From assembly GCF_009914755.1 (NCBI RefSeq), contig NC_060926.1: a DNA stretch of 64,000 nucleotides, one strand, 5' to 3'. Below are positions 25,113-38,924 of this stretch, piece after piece. Position numbers and translations under genes: made by a program. Every line of letters starts with the position of its first letter. Position 1 is the stretch's first letter. The stretch is from the human T2T-CHM13v2.0 reference genome, Homo sapiens. Below the pieces are notes generated by a model. That model saw nothing but the letters and a program-made list of their open reading frames with translations, had not been told where the DNA came from and did not search any database.

Positions 25113-26448
25113 AATTATTTTTAAAATCAGTAAACATTTTTCCCAAATGGTTGTAGAGAATTGCAATGTAAAAAAGTATTTGGATTCTGTATTTTGCAAT
25201 GGAAATTTTCTTACCTGCAGAGAGGAAAATATACTTCTCAATGAATTTTCTCAGTTAATGATTTTTTTTTTTTTTTAAAGAAGAAGATTAAGGCAAGTGT
25301 AATTCCTGGTCTAAAGATGTAGAAACCAAGGCATGGAAAGGTTCAGGGTATAAGCTGGCCCATTCACCATCCTGGATTTGTAAATAACTATACTACCTTA
25401 CATTCCAGGGTTCATTTTGCCTGCTGAAACTTCCTGAGGATTTTATAAACTTTTCTTTTCCTTTTGGCTATATATTTATATAATGCTGAAACCTTAGAGA
25501 CTTAGTGTTTAAAAATGGAAACATATAAGCCTTATGAGTATATATGCATTCTCAGGGATTCATATAAGCTATAAGAACAGCCAACAACTGTGTGTAGATC
25601 TACAATGTAGAGGAGAAAATGAGCAAATACTATTTAAAGTTAAGACACTGGGGTTCATTAGAGAAACTGAAGTGACCTCCTAGCTTACTCTCAAGAACTT
25701 TTGTACTGGAATGTAATAAGATTTTTACACAGGGCCTTTCATGCTCCAAAATGTTTGTTCCACTGTAAAACACCTAGTTATTCAAAAGAAAGGGCAAATA
25801 ATGTGAGTAAAAGTCTTATTTGAAAAGATGGGCCCATGCCTCCATTTGCTCAGGCTCTCAAGGAGAAGAATTTTAGAATCTTTAGAGCAGAAGAATGAAC
25901 ATGGACATTAATGCACTTCTCCCAAAGCAACCATTTGGAAAATCCTCAGTTTTGATTGACTACCACCAAAGACCATGCTTCTTCCTTCATGTTATTTTTC
26001 AAACACGACAGATCCCAGCTTTATGAAACCAAACACAGAAGAATAATACTTGTTCTCAAGCCAATTGGAGGAGGGTGTTCAAGTCATCACAAGTATTATC
26101 ATAAACAGAAAAATAACACCATTTGCAACATCATTTGATCTTTGTGCCAAGGGTGAAATTGATGTCATATGCTCACCCTGATGGATCACTGAAAGTAAGT
26201 TTGCACAAAACATGCCTAAAAGCAATGGTATCTTCTTCTACTTATATTTTCCCTTATGACAAGTTGAGCAGCCCTCGTAAACATGCCTGTCTCCTTGAGG
26301 ATTGAGAATAGAAGTCAGGAAGCTAAAAAATTAGTTTCATCTAGACATATTTTGTTCTTCCTTGAAAAACAAAGAGAGGAACAAACATAAACAAAACCTT
26401 TCAGAGATACGAATATTTTCAGTAGGCAAAAGCTTCTCTCATTCTCCC

Positions 26449-28770
26449 TGTATTAGTCTGTTTTCATGCTGCTGATAAAGACATACCTGAGACTGGACAA
26501 TTTACAAAAGAAAGAGGTTTAATGGACTTACAGTTCCTCATAGCTGAGGAGGCTTCACAATCATGGTGTAAGGCAAGCAGGAGCAAGTCACATCTTACAT
26601 GGAGCAGCAGGGAAAGAGACAGGATGAGTGCCAAGTGAAAGGGGTTTCCCCCTATAAAACCATCAGATCTCCTGAGACTTATTCGCTACCTACCACTCGA
26701 ACATTATGGGAGAAACTGCCCCCATGATTCAATTATCTCTCATTGGATCCCTCCCACAACACATGGGAATTATGGGAGTAGAATTCGAGATTTGGTGGGG
26801 ACATAGAGCCAAACCGTTTCATTTTGCCCCGGCCCCTTCCAAATCTAATTTCCTCACATTTCAAAACACAGTCATGCCTTCTCAATAGTCTCCCAAAGTC
26901 TTAACTCATTTTAGCATTATCTCAAAAGTCCACAGTTCAAAGTCTCATATGAGACAAGGCAAGTCCCTTTTGCCTATGAGCCTGTAAAAACAAAAGCAAG
27001 TTAGTTACTTCCTAGATATAATGGGGGTACGGACTTTGGATAAATACAGCCATTCCAAATGGGAGAAATTACCCAAAACAAAGGGGCTACAGGGCCCCAT
27101 GCAAGTCCAAAATCCAGCAGGGCAGTCAAATCTTAAAGCTCCAAAATGATCTCCTTTGACTCCATGTCTCACATCCGGGACATGCTGATGCAAGACGTAG
27201 GTTCCCATGGTCTTGGGCAGCTCGGCTCCTGTGGCTTTGCAGGGTACAGCTTCCTCCCAGCTGCTTTCACAGGCTGGCATTGAGTGTCCATGGCTTTTTC
27301 AGGCATACAGTGCAAGCAGTTAGTGGATCTACCATTCTGGGGTAAGGAAGATGGTGGCCCTCTTGTCACAGCTCCACTAGGTGGTGCCCCAGTAGGGACT
27401 CTGTGTGGGAGCTCCAAGCCCACATTTCCCTTCTGCACTCCTCTATCAGAGGTTCTCCATGAGGGCCCCACCCCTGCAGCAAACATCTGCTTGGGCATCC
27501 AGGTGTTTCCATACAACCTCTGAAATCTAGGTGGAGGTTCCCAAACCCCAGTTGTTGACTTCTGTGCACACACAGGCTCAACACCACATGGAAGCTGCCA
27601 AGGCTTGGGGCTTGTACCTTCTGAAGCCACAGCCTGAGCTCTATGTTGACCCCCTTCAGCCACAGCTGGAGCGACTGGGACACAGGACACCAAGTCCCTA
27701 GGCTGCAAACAGCACAGGGACCCTGGGCCTGGCCCATGAAACCATTTGTTCCTCCTAGGGCTCTGGGCCTATGATGAGAGGGGCTGCCATGATGGCCTCT
27801 GACATGCCCTGGAGACATTTTCCCCATTGTCTTGGGGATTAACATTTGGCTCCTTGTTACTTATGCAAATTTCTGCAGCCAGTTGAATTTCTCCTCAGAA
27901 AATTGGATTTTCTTTTCTATCACATTGTCAGGCTGCAAATTTTCCAAACTTTTATGCTCTTCTTCTCTTATAAAACTGAATGCCTTTAACAGCACCCAAG
28001 TCACTCCTTGAATACTTTGCTGCTTAGAAATTTCTTCTGCCAGATACCCTAAATCATCTCTCTCAGGTTCAAAATTCCACAAATCTCTAGGGCAGGGGCA
28101 AAATGTCACCAGTTTCTTTGCTGAAACATAACAAGAGTCACCTTTGCTCCAGTTCCCAGCAAGTTCCTCATCTCCATCTGAGACCACCTCAGCCTGGACC
28201 TCATTGTCCATATTGCTGTCAGCATTTTTGGGCAAAGCCATTCAATAAGTCTCTAGGAAGTTCCAAACTTTCCCATATTTTCCTGTCTTCTTCTGAGCCC
28301 TCCAAACTGTTCCAACCCCTGCCTGCTACCTAGTTCCAAAGTTGCTTCCACATTTTCGAGTATCTTTTCAGCAGTGCCCTACTCTACTGGTACCAATTTG
28401 CTATATTAGTCCATTTTCATGCTGCTGATAAAGACATACTTGAGACTGGGAATAAAAGTAGGTTTAATGGACTTAAAGTTTCACATGGCTAGGGAGGCAT
28501 CATGATCATGGCAGAAGGCAAGGAGGAGCAAGTCATGTCTTACATGGATGGCAGCAGGCAAAGAGAGAGAATGAGTGCCAAGTGAAAGGGGTGTCCTCTA
28601 ATAAAACCATCAGATCTCGTGAGACTTACTCACTACCATGAGAACAGTATGGGAGAAACTGCTCCCATTATTCCATTATCTCCCACCAGGACCCTCCCAC
28701 AACACATGGAAATTATGGGAGTATAATTCAAGATGAGATTTGGGTGGGGACACAGAGCCAAACCATATCA
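26449..28770 (-). mobile_element. Full-length THE1 (THE1B-like) provirus: 3' LTR 26449-26821, internal 26822-28401, 5' LTR 28402-28770
   Basis: Reverse LTRs TGTATTAGTC...AAACCATATCA; tgctgataaagacatac and aggagcaagtcacatcttacatgg are THE1B-type; TSD CTCCC/CTCCA. Confidence 0.96.
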
Positions 28771-29779
28771 CTCCAATCTCATGTGTCTCTCCCAACATCT
28801 ACGTGAACTTATTTCATGTAGATGCTGGGAAAATATATTATGAGATGGGTCCTCAGAGGTTGGTCAGATCCAATACTGGAAAATGCTTACCGTTCTCAAT
28901 CTGGGTGACTGTGCATTCATTATTGTCTTAGTGAAACTTCTCTACTTTTGGCTTGTTGGTTTGTTGTCCTTTAATACAGAGTTTAGTACCAAATTAACAT
29001 ACATACTTTTCCAGGTTATACATCTCCCCTTTAACTTGCATCTCATCAGCTCACCCAAAGACAAATAAAAGAGGTGTCGTGCGCTCCCAGGTTGGTTCAG
29101 CAAAGGCACACATACAGCTAAGTAAGATTTGCACATGTGAGCTTTTGATTTCATGTTTGCTTCCTGGCCAGGTAGAAGCCAAATTTGAGAGAGGAATCAT
29201 TCATATTTCCATTTGAGAGAGCATGAGAAAAAGGAGGTGCTACACAATGTTATGGAGGTGTTGAGACTGTCAATGGAAAAATATATACCTGGGAATTTGT
29301 AAGAACCAGTGCTGATCAATCAAAAGGATGATTTATAGTGATTCATTATTGAGTTGGGTGGAAAGAGTTTTCTTCCAAGAGGCTTCGGTTATTTGTTTAT
29401 TTGAAAACTAATCAGCCTGAATTTGAAAAATCGAGTGCCACTTTATGTCTAGCTATGGTGAATGTAAACTGATGAATTACATGACTGGGCTTGCATTTTA
29501 TTTGTACTATGCATTAAAATAAGACTTCTCCTTACCTTTTTGAAGCATTTTATTATCTAATTCTAAAGTTATAAATTTTGTCATTTAAAAAATTTAATTG
29601 GTCACATTATTACAAAGGTGGTCTTTAGAAAAAAACAACAAATACCACTTTGGCAGTCCATGAGTTAGGACTGATAACCAAAGTTCTTTAATATGGCTCT
29701 CCATAAACATTGGCAGAGATTAGGAAGTTTTTGGAGTTGGAGGAATATCACTGGAGGCTTTGGGAGTTTCTTCTGAAGT

Positions 29780-30160
29780 CATTCTGAATTAGCAGCTAAT
29801 GGGGAGCTTTCTTTGATAGTGCTATTATAATTAAATGCAGCTGGATCAAAATCAACCACAAAGGGAACTCGTTTGTTTATCATTACTTCTGACTTTGTTA
29901 GCAGATGTTTTTGAAGCACCATAGTAGCCAGCTTAATTTGTCTCTGTGTAATGTGAAGCAGGTAAACTTTGATTAATAAACTGACAAGTACACTCCTAAT
30001 TTCTTTTCTGAAGTTTCCTTCTGTGACTCTTATATAGCACATATGTCAAATCCGGAAAGCACACGAATAAACATTCAGTTTCTTTCTATATATGTCAGGC
30101 CAGCTGAAATGGAGGTGTCAGTCGGCGGTGAGCTGGCTTGTCAAATGTTCATCTTGAAAG
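29780..30160. promoter_or_regulatory. Candidate enhancer (repeat-free and motif-dense)
   Basis: CTTTGAT x2 (TCF/LEF; 29811, 29967), TGATTAAT, TAATTA, AACCACA, TGTTTAT, CCGGAA, CAGCTG x2 and several retained CpGs; inferred from motifs only. Confidence 0.35.
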
Positions 30161-31177
30161 CTGCTGTAGTAGTATCGCATGGAAGTAGGCTAGTGAAAAA
30201 GATAAACACATATGGCATATAAGTCCCAGGCTGTAGAACAACAGCTCTTTAAGTTGTAATCACTATTGGTTTTCCATAAGGGACTCAATAATTTTCAGTA
30301 AATTGGATCCTTTATGAGTTTAAACATTAATTCAGCTATTTAAAAAGGGTAATTTTGACATATCCTTTGCTTATAATAAATGCCTCCTCCACTTCTTAAC
30401 AGGCAGACTTCCTCACCACCCACTTTGTTCAATACACTCTAACTCCCGCCTGCATCTTCCTTCAGACTGCACTTTCTACCTGTCTTCCTTTCCAGTATTC
30501 CACCCTGTACCTCCCCCATCATTTGAAGAACTCTGGAAAATCACCACTGCCCCCACTCCCACCAAATCATTCCCCCATACCTGGAAAGAATGTGTTGTTG
30601 TTGTTGTTTTAAGTTGGCTCAACCAAGTTTAAGTATGCAGCATCCACAATTCACACTGCATCCATCAGTAATATACAAAATCCTGTGTCCTGTGAGTCTT
30701 TGTACCTTCAAAAACATAGTATTTGCTCAAGATAAAGTTGCACATGTGTCTGTATGTCCTTTTACTTTTGTGCCCATGTCTGTTACCGTTTCACATTGTG
30801 ATATCTACATCTGTTTTTAATTGCCATAATGCCTAGCACAGTCCTGAATACTTATTATGCACTCGAAACTCAGATTTTGATTTTTGATGCTATCACATTG
30901 GCTATTCAGTTATTTAGTACTTCTGCAAATTTATTTCTAGACATATGTGTTGGAATGTGTGTATTTATGTCTACGTTAATGGTCTCACCTGTTTGCTGCA
31001 CAGAATTCAACTGGGCTCAAGTTGGCAAAATATATGAAAAAAAAAAAACTATGGTGAACTCTTAAGGTCTCTTTAGATAAGCCTGGGGAAATGTAATCTT
31101 TGGCACCATCCTACTTTCCTTTCTTTAAAGGTCTAATGGACTTTTTAAAGTGTTCTTCATGTAAGCAGAGGGAAATA

Positions 31178-31350
31178 GGAGGAGTGTGAACTTTGTGATT
31201 TCACAGATCTGGGTCTGGAAAGCAGTGCTCTTTAGCCTCAACTTTCTCATCTGTAAAATTAGGGACAATAATACCACCTTTTGAGAATTAGAATACATCT
31301 AAAGATCCTGGTACGTTATAGATCCTCCATATATATCAGCTAATATTATT
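31178..31350 (+). mobile_element. MIR
   Basis: agcctcaactttctcatctgtaaaattagggacaataatacc core. Confidence 0.8.
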
Positions 31351-32075
31351 AGAAATAAGTACTATGCTATTTTAGTAAATGAGAAAAAACTCAAAAATGG
31401 TCCCTCTTCTATGGAACAGTGTAAGTGGCCCTCTGTGCTGGTCTTCATGGATGATGTTCACAGTATGTACTAGCACAACAATTTAGGCATTATTACATGC
31501 CAAACTAACTTAAAACATTAAACTATAATGAAAAGATGATTGAAATTCATTAATGCCTGTAGAGTATTTCTTATAAAAAAAGAGGACACCTACCTGTGAC
31601 CAGTTCCCAACTATCAATTGTCATTCGATTAAAAATAATCCATCTCTAGCAGGTCCTCTTCTAATTGGGGAGCTATGCAAGGAAGCTTCATTAAATGCCT
31701 ACTTTCTGAAAAATATTTGGAAATAATTGCTCATATTAGAAGTGTCAGGATAATTAGTGAAATCACAATGTTACACTGCTATGTATCGAGGACCAAACGT
31801 ATGTTGGCACCTTTATGTCACTTTAGAATATTGGAGAATTTTGCCTGGACTTTTCTAGCCTTTTAAGCTTTTTCTCTAATGGGAATCTATCTTTACTTTC
31901 TTTCTTTTGGGGTAAAGAGAGCAGGGTGAGAGTCGTGGTGTTTTAATAGAACTGCAGATAGCTAATTTTGAAAAAAAAATGCTTGTTAAGATGATTGCCC
32001 TTGAGGAAAATCCTTCATGTGTGAGTAACTATTCTTACTATTTCATCTACTTTGCTGCAGAATAGAATTACCTGA

Positions 32076-32451
32076 TGTATTATTCTGTTCTCATGCTGTT
32101 ATGATGAGATACCTGAGACTGGATAATTTATAAAGAAAAGAGTTTTGATTGACTCACAGTTCCACATGGTTGGGAGGGCCTCAGGCAACTTACAATCATG
32201 GTGGAAAGGGAAGCAAACACATCCTTCTTCACAAAGTGGCAGGAGAGGAAAGTGCTGAGCAAAGGGGGAAAAGCCCCTTATAAAATCATCAGATCTCATG
32301 AGAACTCACTCCCTATCATGAGAACAACAGGATGGGGGTAACCGCCCCCATGATTAATTACTTTCCACTGGGTCCCTCCCTCGACACATGGGGATTATGG
32401 AAACTACAATTCAAGATGAGATTTGAGTGGGGACACAGCCAAACCATATCA
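32076..32451 (-). mobile_element. THE1C/D solo LTR
   Basis: TGTATTA...AAACCATATCA termini; TSD CCTGA/CATGA. Confidence 0.95.
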
Positions 32452-35208
32452 CATGACAACATTTCAAAGGAGGATACCAGCTATGAAGAAGTGTGGCTCA
32501 CAAACAATCTGTCATCTGCTTTCTAAGAAAGTTTGCATGATGAGAGGTCAGAGACAAGCATAGTAGTCAATCCATGTTACCCTTCTGCATTTTATCTCTT
32601 AAGATGACCACATTCATAGACTACATAAAAATAATATATCCAGTATCCACTTTATAGAATGCGGATAAGGAGTCCACAAGGTATTTTCCTTCACTTGAAA
32701 ATAGCTGAGATTAAATCACTTGTGTCTTTCATGGACATCTATTGTGCTAGGGTGTGGGCTTTTTCTGAAATCTAGGGAAATCATGCCACATCTTGAAAAC
32801 ATTTACAAATAGTTTTCCATGTTCATTTGGATAGTGTGGGAGAAAATAAGACTCTATGATGTCAGGTAATTTGTGGGTATGATTGCTGAAATAATGCTAC
32901 TTGAGCAGTTGAAGATAAAGTAGCATTATTTAAGCTGGATGACTGTTTTACTGTCACTGCATTGCTCCTTGATGAATTGTGAGATTAAGAATAGATATTA
33001 CAGTTTCAGAGACCGTGTCATTTTTGTGTTGTGTGTTGAGTCGCTCAGGATAGTGTTACTTGGAATGTGCTTAGGGAGGCTTTGTAAGTAAAAGAAGTGA
33101 GATATCTAAAAATGTTGGTATAAGGAGAGCTAAGGCCAGGCATACAGTAGATTTCAAGGATCTTAGGAAAAGTCATATGCTATTTGTAATTAAGAAGAAG
33201 GTCTACCAGGCATAAGACATAAGAAGTAGATATCTTATGTCCATGATGTTTATTGTAATGTCTAGAATATGATGGGCTACTGGGCATGAATTAAGGAGAA
33301 TTAGGGCAAGATGAATAGCAGTGTAGAAGTTGAGGTCTGCAAAGATGATAGGGATTCTGAGGAAGGTATTTGTTCAGTTCAGGCAAATCTGGCTGCAGGA
33401 TGCTGTTGGAATGTGTACAACTCATTTTTTTGCGTTCAAGAGCAAAAAAAAAAAAGTGTCCAAATGTAAGGAGACCAATACAAAAACATATGTGAGTAGT
33501 GCTAGCTGTAATACTTCTGGTGATATGTGTCGGCTTTTATGTTTCCAGAAGCCCTGACCCTGACTTCAGTCCTAGCAGCTTATCTCTTAAGCTGTTTCGG
33601 GGTCTTCATTCTTTTGCTCCGAGCCTGCAGCACTCCAGGATACTCAGGCTGTGGTGAATCTGGCAGTGACCTTGTTGATACCTGAGAGTCCCACCTCTCT
33701 GCTGCTGAATAATCTGTCAAAGGACAGACCCTCCTAAGAACTACATCCCTTCTTGCAATTAAAGGGAGAGAAGGAGCTAATTTGAAGGATTGTTTCCCAG
33801 ACTTTTAACTATTTCTGATTTTTACCCAGCATCTTTTGTGAAAAGTTCTATAGCAAGAGTCTGCAAAAGAAATAGAACAGATGATGGAAACTGATGACTA
33901 AAGTCAGCTGTTCCCTAAAAGCAGCAATAATGTCAGAGTGCTAACTGGATAATCTGTTCTGTTTTGGGCTGTCTCTATTTTTCTTCTATCTGAATTGTCA
34001 CTGGTTGTCTCTTGTTTATACTGCAATGAATGGTTCACAATGTGTGTGTGTGTAGACATGTGAAAAGTAGCTGTATTGTAATATTTATCATTAAAGAGCT
34101 GCCTTTGTTTCATCTTACAAGCATCACATTGATGATTTGAATAATAAAGCTGACTAGCTTACTCACCGAAGGTTGCTTCCATAATGGAACAAATTTATGT
34201 ACCGAGGTTCTCGTTTTCTTTATTAGGTAATTGGACAAAATGCTGAGAAACTGCTACTAATTGAGCACTCATTCCAGCTTTTGTCTATATTGAGGCTGGG
34301 CAGGTTTTCTGATGTTTGAAAAAGAATTAAATAGCCCCCAAACCTTGCAACAGCTTCTCTTATCCTGATATGTTTTCATTAACTTTAACTGAGTCCCTGG
34401 GCTTAAATGTGGTTTATCCCCGAATTTTAACATTCACCTTTTATAAGAATCACATATTGGAGGATGTTTTCATTTTAGGAAAAAAGTGTGATCAAAGACA
34501 GGTCATGTGTTTCCTGCTTTGAGGCAGCAGGGGCAAATGGGCAAGGTTCAGATCAAATGTTTTTGCTAGCATGACATTCAATAGGTAACAGTTGCCCTGA
34601 AGCAGGGCATGAAAGAGTTAGGGGAAAGAATAATAGAAACTGAAAAACCTTTGAAAATCCATATAATATTAGGTATTTTGAGAATCAGAAGTTGAAAAAA
34701 TTTCATTTATAGGAACGCACAGTAAGGCATAAAATATGCTATTTCAATTGACCCCTTCCTTCCCCCTCCCACTGCTGCTGCTGCTCTGCTTTGAGTCCTA
34801 ATAGTAGCTGTGTTTTAGGGTCGCTCCTTTAAATGATTCCGCCTCCACAAACTCTCACACTTCAAGTCCACCTTTCAGAGGACTTTCAGGTCAGTTAGCT
34901 TGAAGTACATTTCTGTTCCTGTTACTGTTATGTTAGAAAAATCAACAATTCACCAAATCTAAAATAATAAAGCTCTAACTTGTCAGCATAACGTTGTTGA
35001 AACCTGACCTACTTCAAAGACTTGTTTTCTGATATTTGTTATGCATTCATGTTTCCACCAGGCTGGAGTAACTTCTTGCTCTTCTCAAGCAAACCTCTAT
35101 GTTTCTTTCCTCACTTCTGCATATAGGCTTATTCTTTTCCTGAAACCTGCACCCTCCAACTCTTTGTATTTCTATCAGCTGAGATTCTACCTACCCTTCA
35201 AGACAAAT

Positions 35209-35764
35209 TGTGGGGCGTGGCCTCTGAGATGGCCCCAGTGATCTTACCTCTTGGTATTCATACCTTGTGTAATCCCTGCTCTTTGTCTGTAGGCTTTACA
35301 GAGTGCTCCTTCCTAATATATGCTGTACATAGTATGGCAAAAGGGATGGATGTCGCTCCTGAGATTAGATGCCATAAAGACTGTGACTTAGATCTTGTTC
35401 ATGCGCACTTTCTTCTTTCTCTCTGAGGGAAGCCAGCTGCCATATTGGGAGCCATCCTTCAGAAAGGCCTACTTGGCCAGCAACTGAGGGAAGCTTCAAG
35501 CCAGTGGCCAATGAGAAACTAAGGCCCTCATGCCAACAGCTTGAGGATAATTGAATCCTGCCAGCCACCATATGAGAGACTTAGAAGTGGATCCTTCCCG
35601 GTAGCGCCTTCAGAAGACACTGCAACCTTGTGGGAAATCTCAGGCAGAGACATCCATCTAAGCTGCACCTGGATATGCATGTGACAGAAGATAATATGAC
35701 AAATGTTGTTAAAGCCACTAAAATTTTAGAGTTATTTGTTGTGCAATAATAGATAACTTATACA
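35209..35764 (+). mobile_element. MLT1F-type LTR followed by a few bases of internal sequence
   Basis: TGTGG...gcctctgagatggcccc...agccagctgccat...aagccactaaa...aatagataacttataca; then gtggtgccaggagttggg, similar to the start of MLT1-int. Confidence 0.88.
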
Positions 35765-36039
35765 GCTGTGGTGCCAGGAGTTGGGTTTGAAACCCCTGAA
35801 ACTTTCTATATTTTCTACATTAAGAAGTAATATCTCTTACATGAGTTGAGAGTGCTTATTTGTTCCTATGATGCATTCTGTGTACTACTGTTTTGGCACT
35901 TTTCAAATTCTGCATTCTTTTATATCCACTTGTAGATAGCTTTTCTCCCCTATAAAATTGCAAAGTTCCCTGAGGTCAGATGCTATACCATATTAGACTT
36001 TGAACCCTTTCCCTGCCTCCAGGGTAGTTGATGATAGAA

Positions 36040-36316
<277 letters not shown>

Positions 36317-36864
36317 TGATGATAGGTTTTATGTAGTAGGTGCTCAATACATATTTGTTGAATGAATTCACTAAATATATTTAATCATACTTCAATAAAA
36401 CCAAGGTTGGTAAATGAGAACAATAGGCTAATCATGTCTAAAGATTGTACGGTTCTTCAGTTTTGTCAAGAATTACTGGGTACAAACTCTGGCGATATTT
36501 TGAGGGACATCTTACCAAATGTTTCATGATACCTAACATTATTTCTTATTTGGGGAGGAAGGGAATTAAAGGAAAAATGTGACTTTAATGACCTTCCTAT
36601 TGATTTAAGTAATATTTCCCAAGGTTAAAATTTGATTAATCTTGAATTTTGTTATATGGTAGCAACTACTGGCATATCATAATTGTGAGGGTGTCTTAGA
36701 CTGAAACACGACAGCCAGCTGAGTAACTTCCAGAATCCATTTCTCTTTAGGAGTTCTGTGTTCTTTACTAAATGGTCCAGTGTGGACATTGGCTGGCTAC
36801 TCTATATAGTCATTGAGAACTCACAAATTCTTTGGAAATTTGGTACTGCCATACAGTAAAAAGA

Positions 36865-37075
36865 GAGATCGTTTTGGTTTGAAATTAAATTTTGGCTGAG
36901 CAACTTATTTGCTCTTTGACCTGGGGCAAGTTACTTCATCTCTCTGAGTATTTCGTTTGTGTTTAATGGAACAGTAAACCTCAGATTATGGGTTTTGAGA
37001 AATATTTAAAATTATATATATATAGTTTACTACAGTGTATGACAATTAGAAATTATTAAGTAAATGGTAGCTGAG
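36865..37075 (+). mobile_element. MIR
   Basis: tgacctggggcaagttacttcatctctctgag...taaatggtagct. Confidence 0.7.
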
Positions 37076-37459
37076 TACTAGGCTATCTAGTTAATAATAT
37101 CAAATAATCTCCTCCATCTATAATTTATATTCTCATGGAATTCAGGCATTCCTTCTCCTGTCTTTTGGTTAAGCTGACCCAAAGACTGAGGAAAGTCTCT
37201 GTCATCATATCTGTGATTTTACTAACTTACCATTGTTGTGAATGCATTTAATCTTTCCCTTTGTTTGGTCATTAATTCAACAAATATTATTGGGTTTCTA
37301 CAAGAATGAAGGGACCCAGTATTATCATTTTCTCTGAATTCCTGGTGGATTTAATTACTTGAAGCAATCGCTCAGTATGTGCCATCTACTAGCCTTTACT
37401 CTTAGATATCACTTAAGGTGGAGGAAGATTGGCTATAAGCAGTCACTTTGTAGCTATAC

Positions 37460-37680
37460 AATCACTTTGTAGCTATAAAATCTTGATTCAGTTTCCTGCT
37501 CCTTCCCTTGCTAGCTATGTGAGATTGGGTGAGTGACTTAATTTGATTGATTATCAGTTTCCTCAACCGTAAAATGGGGAAATAATGGTACTTCCTGGGG
37601 CTGCTGTATTGGTTAGATATAATTCATGGAACACACTGAGCACATTGTCTGGCATAGAGTGTTCATCAAAATTTAGCTAG
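37460..37680 (+). mobile_element. MIR
   Basis: ctagctatgtgagattgggtgagtgacttaa...tcagtttcctcaaccgtaaaatgggg...gcacattgtctggcatagag. Confidence 0.8.
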
Positions 37681-38319
37681 AATACAAGTATCTTATGTAT
37701 ATATCCAGTTTTACCAGTTTCGCGTATTGAAAATAACATATATAAATATGCACCATAAATTTCAAATCTCTTTACAAGTGTGAGTGGTTATTTTTAATAG
37801 TATTCAGGATGGTCATTTTTTCTAATTCACAGGTCTAGGAAAAAAGCTGTGTAATCAATAGGCGATCAATGAAGGTTTGCTGTTGCATATGATAACGTGT
37901 TGATAAGACACCAGGCAAACCTCATTTAGCGCTGAACAAGGTAATTTCTTAAGGTATGAGTCAGCCAATAAAATACTCAATTACCCTCTTGGCCAATGAG
38001 CACTAGCCTCCCATAGCATTTGCTTTCCTTTGTTTATTTCTTCATGGCCTCTTGTTATACCAATAATATCCAATTTTGCCACCCAAGATCTTTTGATTTC
38101 CAACAAAGAGTTTGATTTTTTTCAGAAGGACAAACAAACACAAGATCCGTTTTATGATTAAAACATATATCAGACATTAAAGCAGATCAAGAGATCTAGC
38201 CTTAGATGGACGGGAGGATCATGGTGTAGGCCTACTCACTTCCAATTAGGGGAACTATAAAGTATGCTAAGATACTGTAAAGATATCATTCCACAGACCC
38301 TTGTCTCATGTTGATTTTA

Positions 38320-38499
38320 TTTTATTATTTCTTTCTTTCTTTCTTTCTTTAAGAGATGATGTCTCTCTCTGTTGCCTAGGCTGGAGTGCAGAGGCAAAAT
38401 CATGGCTCATTGCAGCCTTGTACTCCTGGGCTAAAGCTATCTTCTCCCCTCATCCTCCATAGTAGCTGAGACTACAGGTATGCACCACCATGCCTGGCC
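38320..38499 (-). mobile_element. FRAM (free right Alu monomer)
   Basis: Single J-type monomer bounded by its own 12-bp TSD ATGTTGATTTTA (38308-38319 and 38500-38511). Confidence 0.88.
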
Positions 38500-38513
38500 A
38501 TGTTGATTTTAGA

Positions 38514-38924
38514 TGTGACAGCCATGGAGATGCACAGTTCAGATCTCTTTCAGGGGAACCTGGAGCAGAGGTCTAGCAGCCCAGCTGGTTCCTCTGTGAA
38601 CTTCCAGGCCACACTTCCCCTGGCTGCTCCCCGAATTCCTGAGATGGTGAGGGAACTAGAGTCAGCCTGCTTCTGTAAGACTCATGACTGCTCCCTTTAG
38701 CCTGACTGAGGGTTTCTCAGAACTGCACCATGGTCTGAAGTTCTTCCTTCCCAAATCTCCTTTTTCTCTATCTTCTTACAGGTATCAGACCAGACTTGTG
38801 ATCTAAAAGCTGTTTCTGCCTACTCCTGTTCCCTTCCCTTTTACCCATAGAAAAGTTTAACTCCCCAGATCTCACATGTCAAACCCTGGTTTGGCATCTG
38901 CTTCTCAACGTCTGTGCTGACACA
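38514..38924 (+). mobile_element. LTR16-family solo LTR (ERVL)
   Basis: tgtgacagccatggagatgcac...cagatctc...caggtatcagacc...ttggcatctgcttctc...ctgacaca. Confidence 0.82.

Noticed and set aside
23238-28333. Cluster of ORFs up to 179 aa
   Set aside because: Almost all lie in THE1 internal/LTR sequence and are frameshifted remnants of the MaLR internal region; the few in the spacer are short chance ORFs.
37443-37477. 16-bp direct repeat TCACTTTGTAGCTATA
   Set aside because: Only two copies with a 19-bp period; ordinary slippage, not an array.
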